Part shown: positions 27,157 to 34,435 of the stretch, in pieces
How positions within the stretch are numbered: the first letter of the stretch is position 1
Layout of the letters: every line of letters begins with the position of its first letter
DNA from: a virus
DNA length: 36,325 nt
Reading direction: 5' to 3' (one strand)
Virus genome (UHGV): UHGV-0211079
Translations under genes and position numbers: made by a program
Notes under the pieces: model-generated
What the model saw: only the letters and a program-made list of their open reading frames with translations
Told to the model about the DNA's origin: nothing
Database searches by the model: none

Positions 27157-27601
27157 AGCTTTGTTTGTTGTAGGTCAAGTTCTTTCTCTAAAAATTCGTT
27201 TTAATAATAATGGGGTGATTTCTAATAATAATCACCCCTATATCATTGTAGATGTAGATACTATCAACAATCTTATTGAGATAGCTCAAATCGATAGTTT
27301 AGAATTTAAACCACATAAAGCCGCTTTTAAATCTAACCACGTAATATCGTGTTCAGATCCAAATGAAACCGTTATAGATAAAGATAGCTTTGTGCAGATG
27401 GATAATATATTCAAGGTTGATGTTTGTCCAGAATTACTCAAATGTAGAAGACAACCTGATAAATTATCGGATTTTAAACTTAAAAAGCTAATAGAGGCAT
27501 ATCAAGAATACCAAAGTAATAATGAAATCGATGAAATAAAGATTGTATACATGAATAGGGAAGAAATTTGTAGTTTAAATGGTCTTTCTTTAAGCGCATA
27601 A
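27143..27601 (+). CDS. putative toxin partner with weak MazF/PemK-like (CcdB/MazF fold) similarity
   Basis: TTG at 27143 (or 27161) overlaps the upstream gene by 14 nt; first in-frame ATG is only at residue ~86. GQVLSLKIRFNNNG....HPYIIV resembles the Kid/PemK N-terminus (GEIWLVSLDP...RPVLIV). SFVQMDNIFKVD resembles the C-terminal S..ADQIRTID motif. About 50 aa C-terminal extension. Confidence 0.4.
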   Translation: MIGCEALFVVGQVLSLKIRFNNNGVISNNNHPYIIVDVDTINNLIEIAQIDSLEFKPHKAAFKSNHVISCSDPNETVIDKDSFVQMDNIFKVDVCPELLKCRRQPDKLSDFKLKKLIEAYQEYQSNNEIDEIKIVYMNREEICSLNGLSLSA

Positions 27602-27632
27602 AATAATATTTTTAGTTTGAATATATACTCCA

Positions 27633-27657
27633 AACCACTATATTTAGTGGTTTTTTT
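27633..27657 (+). terminator. intrinsic terminator after the TA-like operon
   Basis: 8-bp stem aaccacta-tatt-tagtggtt followed by TTTTTTT. Confidence 0.6.
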
Positions 27658-27909
27658 GCACAAAAAAGCACAGCGTATTTACATACACTGCGCAAGTGAA
27701 ACTATGTTTCTACATCGTAATCATTATAGCGTATTTAACGTTCTATTTAAAGACTCGAATTCAATCATAATCTTCGTTTTGCCAAGTACACTATATTTCC
27801 GCACAACAAACTGTTTACGATCGTTAAACTCACCAGCCACCACAACCTGCATTCCTTCATCCACATCGGCTAGAAAATTAAACTATGTGCAGCAATCAGA
27901 CAGTTTACA

Positions 27910-28179
27910 TTATCCAGCGAGAACCGAACCAAAGGGGTCCTCGACATTTTCAACACTCGTATCTTCGAAACTACACCTTTCAATGATTTCATAGTGATCG
28001 CCTCCGTATCGTTGTATATAGTAACTATAATCAGTTTTGCCTAACGTTAGATTGACATAATGCTCAACGCAACGAGTTCCAAAAACACACTCTTGAGATT
28101 CGGATATAGAATCCGGAAACTCTTCTAGAAACTCTGAATAAGAAATATAGCCCTGCTCATACTGACTGATTACATTCAT
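27910..28179 (-). CDS. hypothetical acidic protein (89 aa)
   Basis: ATGA overlap with the upstream YolD-like gene. Followed in the same frame by two stops and further open sequence (possible decayed longer gene). Confidence 0.4.
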   Translation of the reverse strand: MNVISQYEQGYISYSEFLEEFPDSISESQECVFGTRCVEHYVNLTLGKTDYSYYIQRYGGDHYEIIERCSFEDTSVENVEDPFGSVLAG

Positions 28180-28535
28180 GAGAGATCAAACCATTTCAAT
28201 TCTCCTTGATAAAATTCTACATTTCGAATTTCCTCATATTCAACGAGAGTAGAATCAACGTAAATTCCTATTTCATTATGCCCGGAAAGGCGGCCTACAA
28301 TGTCCGGCATGAATTTGTCATTCTGTGTATAGTTGAGCTGAACAGCAATCTTTTTATTTTTCAAAAGAGCCTCTTGTAAAAATTCTCCAATTTCTTCAAT
28401 TTCCATTTCCGGTTTAGGTAAATTAGTGTAAGCCCGTTCCTCTTCAACTTTATTTACACTTGTTGTATGTTCCGATAAAAAGAAACCTATCCATTTTAAT
28501 TTTTTCCGGTCCTCGTAAGGCTTAATCATTCCCAT
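28176..28535 (-). CDS. YolD-like protein
   Basis: Minus-strand ATG at 28535 after gaggagtga. EDRKKLKWIGFFLSEHT matches the YolD-like R-G/K-KW..F.LPEH signature. Confidence 0.5.
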   Translation of the reverse strand: MGMIKPYEDRKKLKWIGFFLSEHTTSVNKVEEERAYTNLPKPEMEIEEIGEFLQEALLKNKKIAVQLNYTQNDKFMPDIVGRLSGHNEIGIYVDSTLVEYEEIRNVEFYQGELKWFDLS

Positions 28536-28638
28536 AATTATCACTCCTCACGGAAATTATACGAACGTTTGTTCGTTTTGTAAAGCGAACAGATCTTTAA
28601 ATTGTAACGTGAGAACGAGTAGAAAAGATGAGAATTTT

Positions 28639-28662
28639 TGGTGATAGTTTCGGTGATAGCGA
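28639..28662. repeat. arm-type direct repeat copy 1 (tggtgatagtttcggtgatagcga)
   Basis: Internal tandem of ggtgatag. 22/24 identical to the copy at 28903. Confidence 0.55.
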
Positions 28663-28902
28663 AAAGAAAATATCGAAATGATAGAAAAGAAAAATTAGAG
28701 GAGAAACGTTGATATAATGGTATTTTTAAAATAGAGAAATACTAGAAAAAGGGTAGAATGTATAAGAAAAACATGTTCGCATTGCTTGGCAAACCAGGCT
28801 TCGAAGAGCTTGCAAAAGAATTGAACGAACGTCTATAAATCAATGCTTTTACCACTTATATAAATTGGTGGTGAACGAAACATGTTCGCTTTGATTCATA
28901 AC

Positions 28903-28926
28903 TGGTGATAGTTTTGGTGATAGTGA
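28903..28926. repeat. arm-type direct repeat copy 2 (tggtgatagttttggtgatagtga)
   Basis: See copy 1. Located just 3' of the integrase stop. Confidence 0.55.
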
Positions 28927-28932
28927 CAGAGT

Positions 28933-28957
28933 AAAAGCACTCATTGTGAGTGCTTTT
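28933..28957 (+). terminator. hairpin + T-tract overlapping the integrase stop
   Basis: aaaagcactca-ttg-tgagtgctttt followed by TTTTCTTTCG on the plus strand. Probably blocks plus-strand read-through into int. Confidence 0.4.
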
Positions 28958-30164
28958 TTCTTTCGCTTTCGATGTAGTTTTCGAACTGTTCCATGGACCT
29001 CTTTTTGACCTCTGGAGAAATATGGGCATAGATTTGAGTTGTTGAAATATCCTTGTGACCAAGAAAGTCTTTTATGTCTTCTAAGGACAATCCAGCTTGA
29101 CGAGATCGGACAGCAAAAGTATGGCGGCCATCGTGGACTCTAATTTTCGGCAATTCAGCTTTTTTAGCAATCCGATTAAATGCGCCATTCACTGATCGAT
29201 CACGGACAATTTTCCCTTTGTATCTCTTGCTGGTTTGCAAGAAGATAAATTGTTCTCCATCTTCAGTGGAAGGGAAGGTACCAAAGATGTTTAAGATATG
29301 ATTTCTAAAAGCAAGCAGAGCTTGTTTACTTCTTTTGGTCATTGGCATGCTTCTGACTCCTGCCGGTGTTTTCGGATCGTCTGTAATAATTGCATTGACG
29401 TTTTCACCTTTTTCAACTGCTCCTAAACGTTCTCTTTCAATGCTTATCATGTTCCCGCCAAAGTCAATATCTTGCCACTGTAATCCCATTACTTCTGATT
29501 TCCTCAATCCTTGATCGAAGATTAATAGGAAAAAGGGGTACCACAAAACCTCAGATTCTTTTTTCGCAAACTCTAGAAATCTATCTGCTTGCTGCAAATC
29601 GTAGTATCTGACAGATTCCTTTTTCTCAATCATTCTTGGAAACTCAACAAACTGAGTAGGGTTTTCCTTTATATATCCTAATTGAATTGCTTTTTTAAAA
29701 GCATTGCTGAGAGTAGCATTTACGCTTTTGACAGTAGTGATGGACAACCCTTGACCACTTCGACCTAGTCCTTTCTTATTTAACAGCATATTAATGAACT
29801 TTTGATGGTTGGCTCGTGTGTATTTGTTTAAAGAATATTTCCCTATATAGGGTTTAATATACATTCGTATATTCGCTCTGTGGACCACACGAGTGCCTTC
29901 TTTTACAGCCTGCTTATAATTAGTTACCCAATCCTCAAGAAATTCTTCTATTGTTAAATTCCGAGGATTTTCTTTGAAATATTCCTCGGATGCTATTTTT
30001 CCTTCAATAATTTTGGCATAACTATTTGCTTCTTCATAGGACTTAAATCCTTTTTTGTGTATCTTGTTTTGTTTACCAGTTCCGGGATTAATTCCATTAG
30101 AAACGAAAACTTCATATCTATATTGTTTTGTTTTCTTCAAATAGTATTTCTTTATAGAAGCCAC
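28941..30164 (-). CDS. int: tyrosine-type site-specific integrase
   Basis: C-terminal catalytic motifs RVHDGRHTFAVRS...LGHKDISTTQIYAH (R..H.R...Y). Likely GTG start at 30164 with RBS aaaggag 7 nt upstream (MASIKKYYLKK...); the track ATG at 30191 lacks an RBS. Confidence 0.9.
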   Translation of the reverse strand: MASIKKYYLKKTKQYRYEVFVSNGINPGTGKQNKIHKKGFKSYEEANSYAKIIEGKIASEEYFKENPRNLTIEEFLEDWVTNYKQAVKEGTRVVHRANIRMYIKPYIGKYSLNKYTRANHQKFINMLLNKKGLGRSGQGLSITTVKSVNATLSNAFKKAIQLGYIKENPTQFVEFPRMIEKKESVRYYDLQQADRFLEFAKKESEVLWYPFFLLIFDQGLRKSEVMGLQWQDIDFGGNMISIERERLGAVEKGENVNAIITDDPKTPAGVRSMPMTKRSKQALLAFRNHILNIFGTFPSTEDGEQFIFLQTSKRYKGKIVRDRSVNGAFNRIAKKAELPKIRVHDGRHTFAVRSRQAGLSLEDIKDFLGHKDISTTQIYAHISPEVKKRSMEQFENYIESERKKHSQ

Positions 30165-30295
30165 TAGAATTCTCCTTTCGTAATTTCGCATAATAAATTC
30201 GAATAATCGAGTGATTTCAATCGAATAATCACTTGAATATTAAAGAATTCGAAGTTTTTTGTTAATTATCCGAACGTATGTTCTTTTCGATTTAA

Positions 30296-30322
30296 AAAGA
30301 AAAGCCCGAAGGCTAATCTTCA
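30296..30322 (-). terminator. weak terminator after the repressor-operon distal gene
   Basis: Minus strand: agcc-ttcg-ggct hairpin followed by TTTCTTTTTAAA. Confidence 0.3.
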
Positions 30323-31120
30323 TCATAGACCCAATAAATCGTTTTTCTTTTTTTCAAATTCATCTTTAGAGATAATCCCATCGTCTAAGAGTTCTTTGAA
30401 TTTTCGTATCTCATCAGCGTTACTCAAAGTCTCTATTGTTGATTCTTGTTGTTCTAAATCTGCAGAGTCTTCAAATTGAGATTCTAATAAATAGACAATT
30501 TTTTCTGCTTCTTTTACAGCCGTTTTGTAAATTATAGAAGTTCTCTTAGTTTTGGAACTTATCAAATCAATAAAAAGAACAGGGGTTTCAATATCGGCCA
30601 TTAGTATTTTAACTTGTAAGGATTCAATAATAGAGGTTGAATGTTTTTTACCGGTAATGGCACCAACAATTGCTCCAGCACCTCCAAACGTTAATGCTCC
30701 AACAGCAGCTCTTCCCAAGCCTCCCGAGGTGACTGATCCTCCGTTTTCAACTATTTCATATCCTCGTATTGAATCTAAATCATGAATAGTAAGGCCATTT
30801 ATTAGGCCTTTAATCTTGAATTGTCTTTTTTGGCTATCAATGAATAAGTAGGAAGAAACCTTTAAATCCGCCTTAAATTCCTTTAGCCGATTGGCATTTT
30901 CTATTTGTTGTTGTTTTTTATCGAGCTTCAATGCTTTCTTTTCAGCTTTGGCATCTCTTTTTAAATCGTCCAATGTAATAGATCTAATCTCGTTAAAAGA
31001 ATTCGTCATGCCATATCCTGCTTTTTTCATACATTTTGCACAAGCACGTTGACCATCAGATATCTTATAAGATCCAAATCCAACTTTTTTACCACAGACA
31101 GCACACACTTTTTCAGCCAT
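30323..31120 (-). CDS. zinc-ribbon / glycine-zipper / SHOCT-domain membrane-associated protein (candidate superinfection-exclusion factor)
   Basis: N-terminal CAVCGKK...CAKC. Central GGLGRAAVGALTFGGAGAIVGAITG glycine zipper. C-terminal EIRKFKELLDDGIISKDEFEKKKNDLLGL, SHOCT-like. RBS aggaga. Same strand as and contiguous with ImmA/XRE. Confidence 0.55.
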   Translation of the reverse strand: MAEKVCAVCGKKVGFGSYKISDGQRACAKCMKKAGYGMTNSFNEIRSITLDDLKRDAKAEKKALKLDKKQQQIENANRLKEFKADLKVSSYLFIDSQKRQFKIKGLINGLTIHDLDSIRGYEIVENGGSVTSGGLGRAAVGALTFGGAGAIVGAITGKKHSTSIIESLQVKILMADIETPVLFIDLISSKTKRTSIIYKTAVKEAEKIVYLLESQFEDSADLEQQESTIETLSNADEIRKFKELLDDGIISKDEFEKKKNDLLGL

Positions 31121-31131
31121 CTTTCCATCTC

Positions 31132-31605
31132 CTAAAAATTATTGAATGATTTTAAAACTGCAACAGTCCCATCTGGTTGAAATAGGAGAGTGTAGTTGTT
31201 TTCTGTTTTAATGCCATCCCATTTTCTCGCATACCACTTAATGGCATCTTTAAAAGTTATTTCCGGAATTTGCAAATATTCAGCACATTCCCAGACACTA
31301 GTACATCCGAATTCAAAACAGTTAATGATATCAGTAGGTGAAACGAGCATCACAGCTCCAATATCACGAGCTTTACGTTCTTGTTTCATACATTCTGGCT
31401 TGCTTAGATCTGATATATCTCCTACAGATGTGAGATAGTGAGCAATTTCCTCCGCAATCGTAGCCGTCAGTTCAGCTGTTGATTGTCCAGGTCTTAAATA
31501 AATTGTATCCCCAATAATTAATCCGTCCTGCTGTACAGGCATACTTGGTTCGAACTTGTACTTCAGCTCGGGATACTGAGCCATAAGTTGTTCAGCTTCA
31601 TTCAT
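31132..31605 (-). CDS. ImmA/IrrE-family metallopeptidase
   Basis: HEXXH motif in AEEIAHYLTS. Directly downstream of the XRE repressor on the same strand. Confidence 0.8.
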   Translation of the reverse strand: MNEAEQLMAQYPELKYKFEPSMPVQQDGLIIGDTIYLRPGQSTAELTATIAEEIAHYLTSVGDISDLSKPECMKQERKARDIGAVMLVSPTDIINCFEFGCTSVWECAEYLQIPEITFKDAIKWYARKWDGIKTENNYTLLFQPDGTVAVLKSFNNF

Positions 31606-31617
31606 TCAAAATTTTCC

Positions 31618-31941
31618 CTACTCTCCGCCATGATCTCTCATTTTTATAAATTTGATGAAATCTTGAACTTCTTTTTTCTGTTTTTCAGTCAAGTCATCAT
31701 CTACGTGAGTTGCAACAAGGAGGTTTGAATCCTCATTTAACTGATCAGTTCTACCATGAAGATAGTCTAAGCTGACTTCAAAATAATCAGCAATCTTATT
31801 TTGAATATCTGTATCTGGGGTTCGCTTACCTTGTTCATAAGAGGCGTACGTGGTTTTTGCGACGCCTAAAATATCAGCCATATTTTGTTGGGTTAAATTT
31901 TTTTTAGATTTTCTCAAACTTTTTAAGCGTTCAGCAAACAT
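31618..31941 (-). CDS. XRE-family HTH lysogeny repressor (CI-like)
   Basis: RBS aaggagg. HTH LTQQNMADILGVAKTTYASYEQGKRTP. Divergent from a Cro-like gene. Confidence 0.85.
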   Translation of the reverse strand: MFAERLKSLRKSKKNLTQQNMADILGVAKTTYASYEQGKRTPDTDIQNKIADYFEVSLDYLHGRTDQLNEDSNLLVATHVDDDLTEKQKKEVQDFIKFIKMRDHGGE

Positions 31942-32101
31942 ACAAATCGACCTCCTTATCTAATATTACTACGACAAACAGCGTACAAAAAGGACAAAAT
32001 AAAAAGTATCAAAAAAAGAGTACAAAACTATTTACAAAGTACGCGTAATGTATTATTATAAAAGTACGCAATACGTATCTCTTTTGAAAGGGGTGAAGAT
32101 T
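31942..32101. promoter_or_regulatory. genetic switch region: divergent promoters and repeated operator half-sites
   Basis: Repeated AAAGTAC(G/A)C motifs at ~31979, 32011, 32037 and 32068, including the palindrome TACGCGTA. Rightward promoter -35 TTTACA (32031-36), 17-nt spacer, -10 TATTAT, overlapping the operators. Confidence 0.5.
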
Positions 32102-32332
32102 ATGCCAGACTGGTTGAAAAAAATACGAGAACAACACGGATACACTCAAGAAAGCTTTGCTAGACGTGTCGGGATCGCCAAAACAACGTATTCATCATAT
32201 GAACAAGGATATCGCACGCCATCTGTAAACACAGCAAAAAAAATGGCAAGCGTACTTGGAGTTCCATGGACTATTTTTTTTGATGATGATGTACTCGATA
32301 CGTATTATAAAAAGGAGGCAACACATTGCTAA
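32102..32332 (+). CDS. Cro-like XRE-family HTH regulator
   Basis: ATG at 32102 after aaaggggtga. HTH YTQESFARRVGIAKTTYSSYEQGYRTP. The track start at 32048 lies within the operator region. Confidence 0.75.
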   Translation: MPDWLKKIREQHGYTQESFARRVGIAKTTYSSYEQGYRTPSVNTAKKMASVLGVPWTIFFDDDVLDTYYKKEATHC

Positions 32333-32670
32333 AGCAACAAGTATTGAAATCAGAGAATATCCAATCCATCGAGCTTAACGCTAACGGGTCAGATAAGTGC
32401 TATACGAATCCAATTGTGATTAACGGACTAAAAGCTGGCAAAGGTATCAAAGCAGTCAAATTAGATTTAGTAGCTGATAAAGTTCCTAAAGTGATCATTA
32501 TCGGAACACCTCCACTTATTTCAGATGAAGTCAATAAAGGGTGGGGCTTAGTTGATTCTGAATGGGAAGATACTACAGACGGTACGGTAACGGTTAATGT
32601 AAAAATTGAAGGTGTACCAGAAAACACACTACCACTTGATTATCTGGTAAATAACCAAGCGGAAAAATGA
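32326..32670 (+). CDS. hypothetical early protein
   Basis: TTG start after the strong RBS aaaggagg (7-nt spacing); overlaps the cro stop. Confidence 0.5.
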   Translation: MLKQQVLKSENIQSIELNANGSDKCYTNPIVINGLKAGKGIKAVKLDLVADKVPKVIIIGTPPLISDEVNKGWGLVDSEWEDTTDGTVTVNVKIEGVPENTLPLDYLVNNQAEK

Positions 32671-32671
32671 A

Positions 32672-32875
32672 TTATTTTGTGAAAACTATAGGAGCGGTAT
32701 TGCTGTAATAAACTTCTGTCTCTTGGATGTTCTTAGGATTTAACTGAGCAAAATGATTCACAGTATCGGCTACGTCTTGTTGATCAAATTGAGGAAGAGT
32801 ATATTCCGATTGTCCTTCTGGAGCATTTTTATACAATTCCCTGATTTCAACAGCAATAGATTCTTTATAAGCCAT
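32672..32875 (-). CDS. hypothetical small acidic protein (67 aa), minus strand
   Basis: ATG at 32875 after aaggtggtga. Convergent with the upstream plus-strand gene and divergent from the 32969 gene. Confidence 0.45.
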   Translation of the reverse strand: MAYKESIAVEIRELYKNAPEGQSEYTLPQFDQQDVADTVNHFAQLNPKNIQETEVYYSNTAPIVFTK

Positions 32876-32968
32876 AATTTCACCACCTTCCATAATGAAA
32901 TTATAGCAAATGATATTGGCGAGAAACCACATATTTCCCGCCGAATTACCACACAAGGAGGTTTCCAA

Positions 32969-33223
32969 TTGAAAGACAAACCACAAACAATCAAAGCAAA
33001 TATCGATTCTGGATTTCTTAAACGGTACGTTGAAATGATTGTTCCAGCAATCAAACGTAAATTTAATATCTCTATCGGTATTGAAGGCGAACTGTTTATA
33101 AACACTGGCGGTGTTGAAGAAATCATTATTCGTTTCTTAGCTACTGATGAAGTAGCACAGGACATTTATTCATATATTGATGAAAAATGGCAGTTCGCCT
33201 CAACACCAAAGCTTTTAGCTTAA
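32969..33223 (+). CDS. hypothetical protein (84 aa)
   Basis: TTG after aaggaggt (6-nt spacing). The track ORF began at 32753, overlapping the minus-strand gene. Confidence 0.5.
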   Translation: MKDKPQTIKANIDSGFLKRYVEMIVPAIKRKFNISIGIEGELFINTGGVEEIIIRFLATDEVAQDIYSYIDEKWQFASTPKLLA

Positions 33224-33287
33224 ATTCATTTTAAGCGATTATTGACCGTTTGGACCAATAACAATAACGAATATAAGGAGTGATAAC

Positions 33288-33836
33288 GTGCCGAAAACAG
33301 CAAAAATTGGGCGATCTTTAAAGCTAGCATTATTTCTTTCGAGTAAACGTCAGAAAGAATTAGCCATCGACGCCAAAACACCAAACGCAACGATCAGTGA
33401 TCATTTTAACGGAGCCAATGTCCCTATTGATAAGGCAATCGAGTATCTAGAAGCCATGAAAGAAAATGGGTATCAAGCAACTGATGAATTAACAGGAGAC
33501 ATCAGTTATCAATACTTAGGATTTTTCAAATCAATGGATGGCCAGCTGGCAGATGTCAAATCAACGAATGATTTAGAAATTTTTCAAGAAATCGAGTCAA
33601 ACGAGAGGAAAGAACGGAAGAAAGTAGTCCAGAGAATTGTTGCTGAATCTCAAGTTAGGATGCTAACTGATGTTGAAAAAACAGAGCTTAGGAATTACAC
33701 AGACGAGTTTCTTGATGAAATCATTGTTGAAATGGCAATCGTCTTCTCCATCCTAAAGATTCTGAACATCACTATTCAAGAGGCAATTAAGGAGCGTATG
33801 CCTCACTGGATTAAAAAAAGATATATGAGGGGATGA
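33288..33836 (+). CDS. putative HTH DNA-binding early protein
   Basis: GTG after aaggagtga. N-terminal HTH-like IGRSLKLALFLSSKRQKELAIDAKTPNATISDHFNG. Confidence 0.45.
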   Translation: MPKTAKIGRSLKLALFLSSKRQKELAIDAKTPNATISDHFNGANVPIDKAIEYLEAMKENGYQATDELTGDISYQYLGFFKSMDGQLADVKSTNDLEIFQEIESNERKERKKVVQRIVAESQVRMLTDVEKTELRNYTDEFLDEIIVEMAIVFSILKILNITIQEAIKERMPHWIKKRYMRG

Positions 33837-33842
33837 TCTAAA

Positions 33843-34091
33843 GTGAAAATTTCTCAAATGAAGAATGTTGTACCGCTTGAGAGAAAAAAAGAAATTACCG
33901 AAGTCGAGTGGAAAAAAGCCAAAGAAATCGCTGATTATCTAGGCATCTCAAGACCAACATTATCGAAGTTAACACATCGGAAAATAGATCCAATTCCTTA
34001 TTCAAAACTTAGTGGGATGCTTCAATATGATCTGCAAAAAGTGAAAGAATGGGAAGAACGTAATCGAACATACAATTATAAGGAGGCATAA
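33843..34091 (+). CDS. excisionase-like HTH_17 (MerR-type) protein
   Basis: GTG after gagggga. ITEVEWKKAKEIADYLGISRPTLSKLTHRK...YDLQKVKEWE is typical of the Xis/HTH_17 family. Confidence 0.5.
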   Translation: MKISQMKNVVPLERKKEITEVEWKKAKEIADYLGISRPTLSKLTHRKIDPIPYSKLSGMLQYDLQKVKEWEERNRTYNYKEA

Positions 34092-34094
34092 AAC

Positions 34095-34286
34095 ATGAAA
34101 CGATCAGTTAAAGATACATTCATCGTCACAGCACTATTGCTTTTTGTAGTAGCTTTTACAGCAATTCATGTAGTAGCAGGATTAGTTTTAGTATTTCTAT
34201 GGTCTTTCGCAAATATCGTCTATGACATGGCTGTAAAAGACTATCAAGACAAAGAAAAAAGACTTGCTAGCCGTCCAAAGCAATAG
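34095..34286 (+). CDS. small membrane protein
   Basis: RBS aggaggcataaaac, then ATG. Two TM segments. Confidence 0.4.
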   Translation: MKRSVKDTFIVTALLLFVVAFTAIHVVAGLVLVFLWSFANIVYDMAVKDYQDKEKRLASRPKQ

Positions 34287-34435
34287 CAAGTCACAAGAAA
34301 TTCTTTTGAAAATATCTTTGTCTCCATTTTAAAACAGAAAAGGGGAAATGACAATGAATTCTTTCGAGAACGCATTAGATCAGTATCTAACAACACCGGG
34401 TTGGGGACAGCCGACTCAAAGAGAGGAGCCAGAAA

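Larger units (their letters stand above)
28545..28940. other. putative attP region (between accessory island and integrase 3' end)
   Basis: Non-coding and AT-rich. Contains integrase arm-type-like direct repeats flanking a central segment, 11-bp direct repeats aacatgttcgc (28770, 28879), and a palindrome CTTCGAAG (28799-28806). Confidence 0.45.

Noticed and set aside
27723-27866. 47-aa minus-strand ORF (MWMKECRLWVAGEFNDRKQFVVRKYSVLGK...)
   Set aside because: Not called as a gene: no RBS at the ATG, and it is in a different frame from the upstream ORF. Kept only as a possible pseudogene remnant in the findings.
27617-27994. Plus-strand 125-aa ORF listed in the ORF track
   Set aside because: No RBS, low-complexity S/T-rich translation. 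Overlaps minus-strand genes and lies downstream of a strong plus-strand terminator. Judged spurious.
32048-32101. ORF-track N-terminal extension of cro
   Set aside because: Extension lies over the promoter and operator repeats. ATG at 32102 has a canonical RBS.
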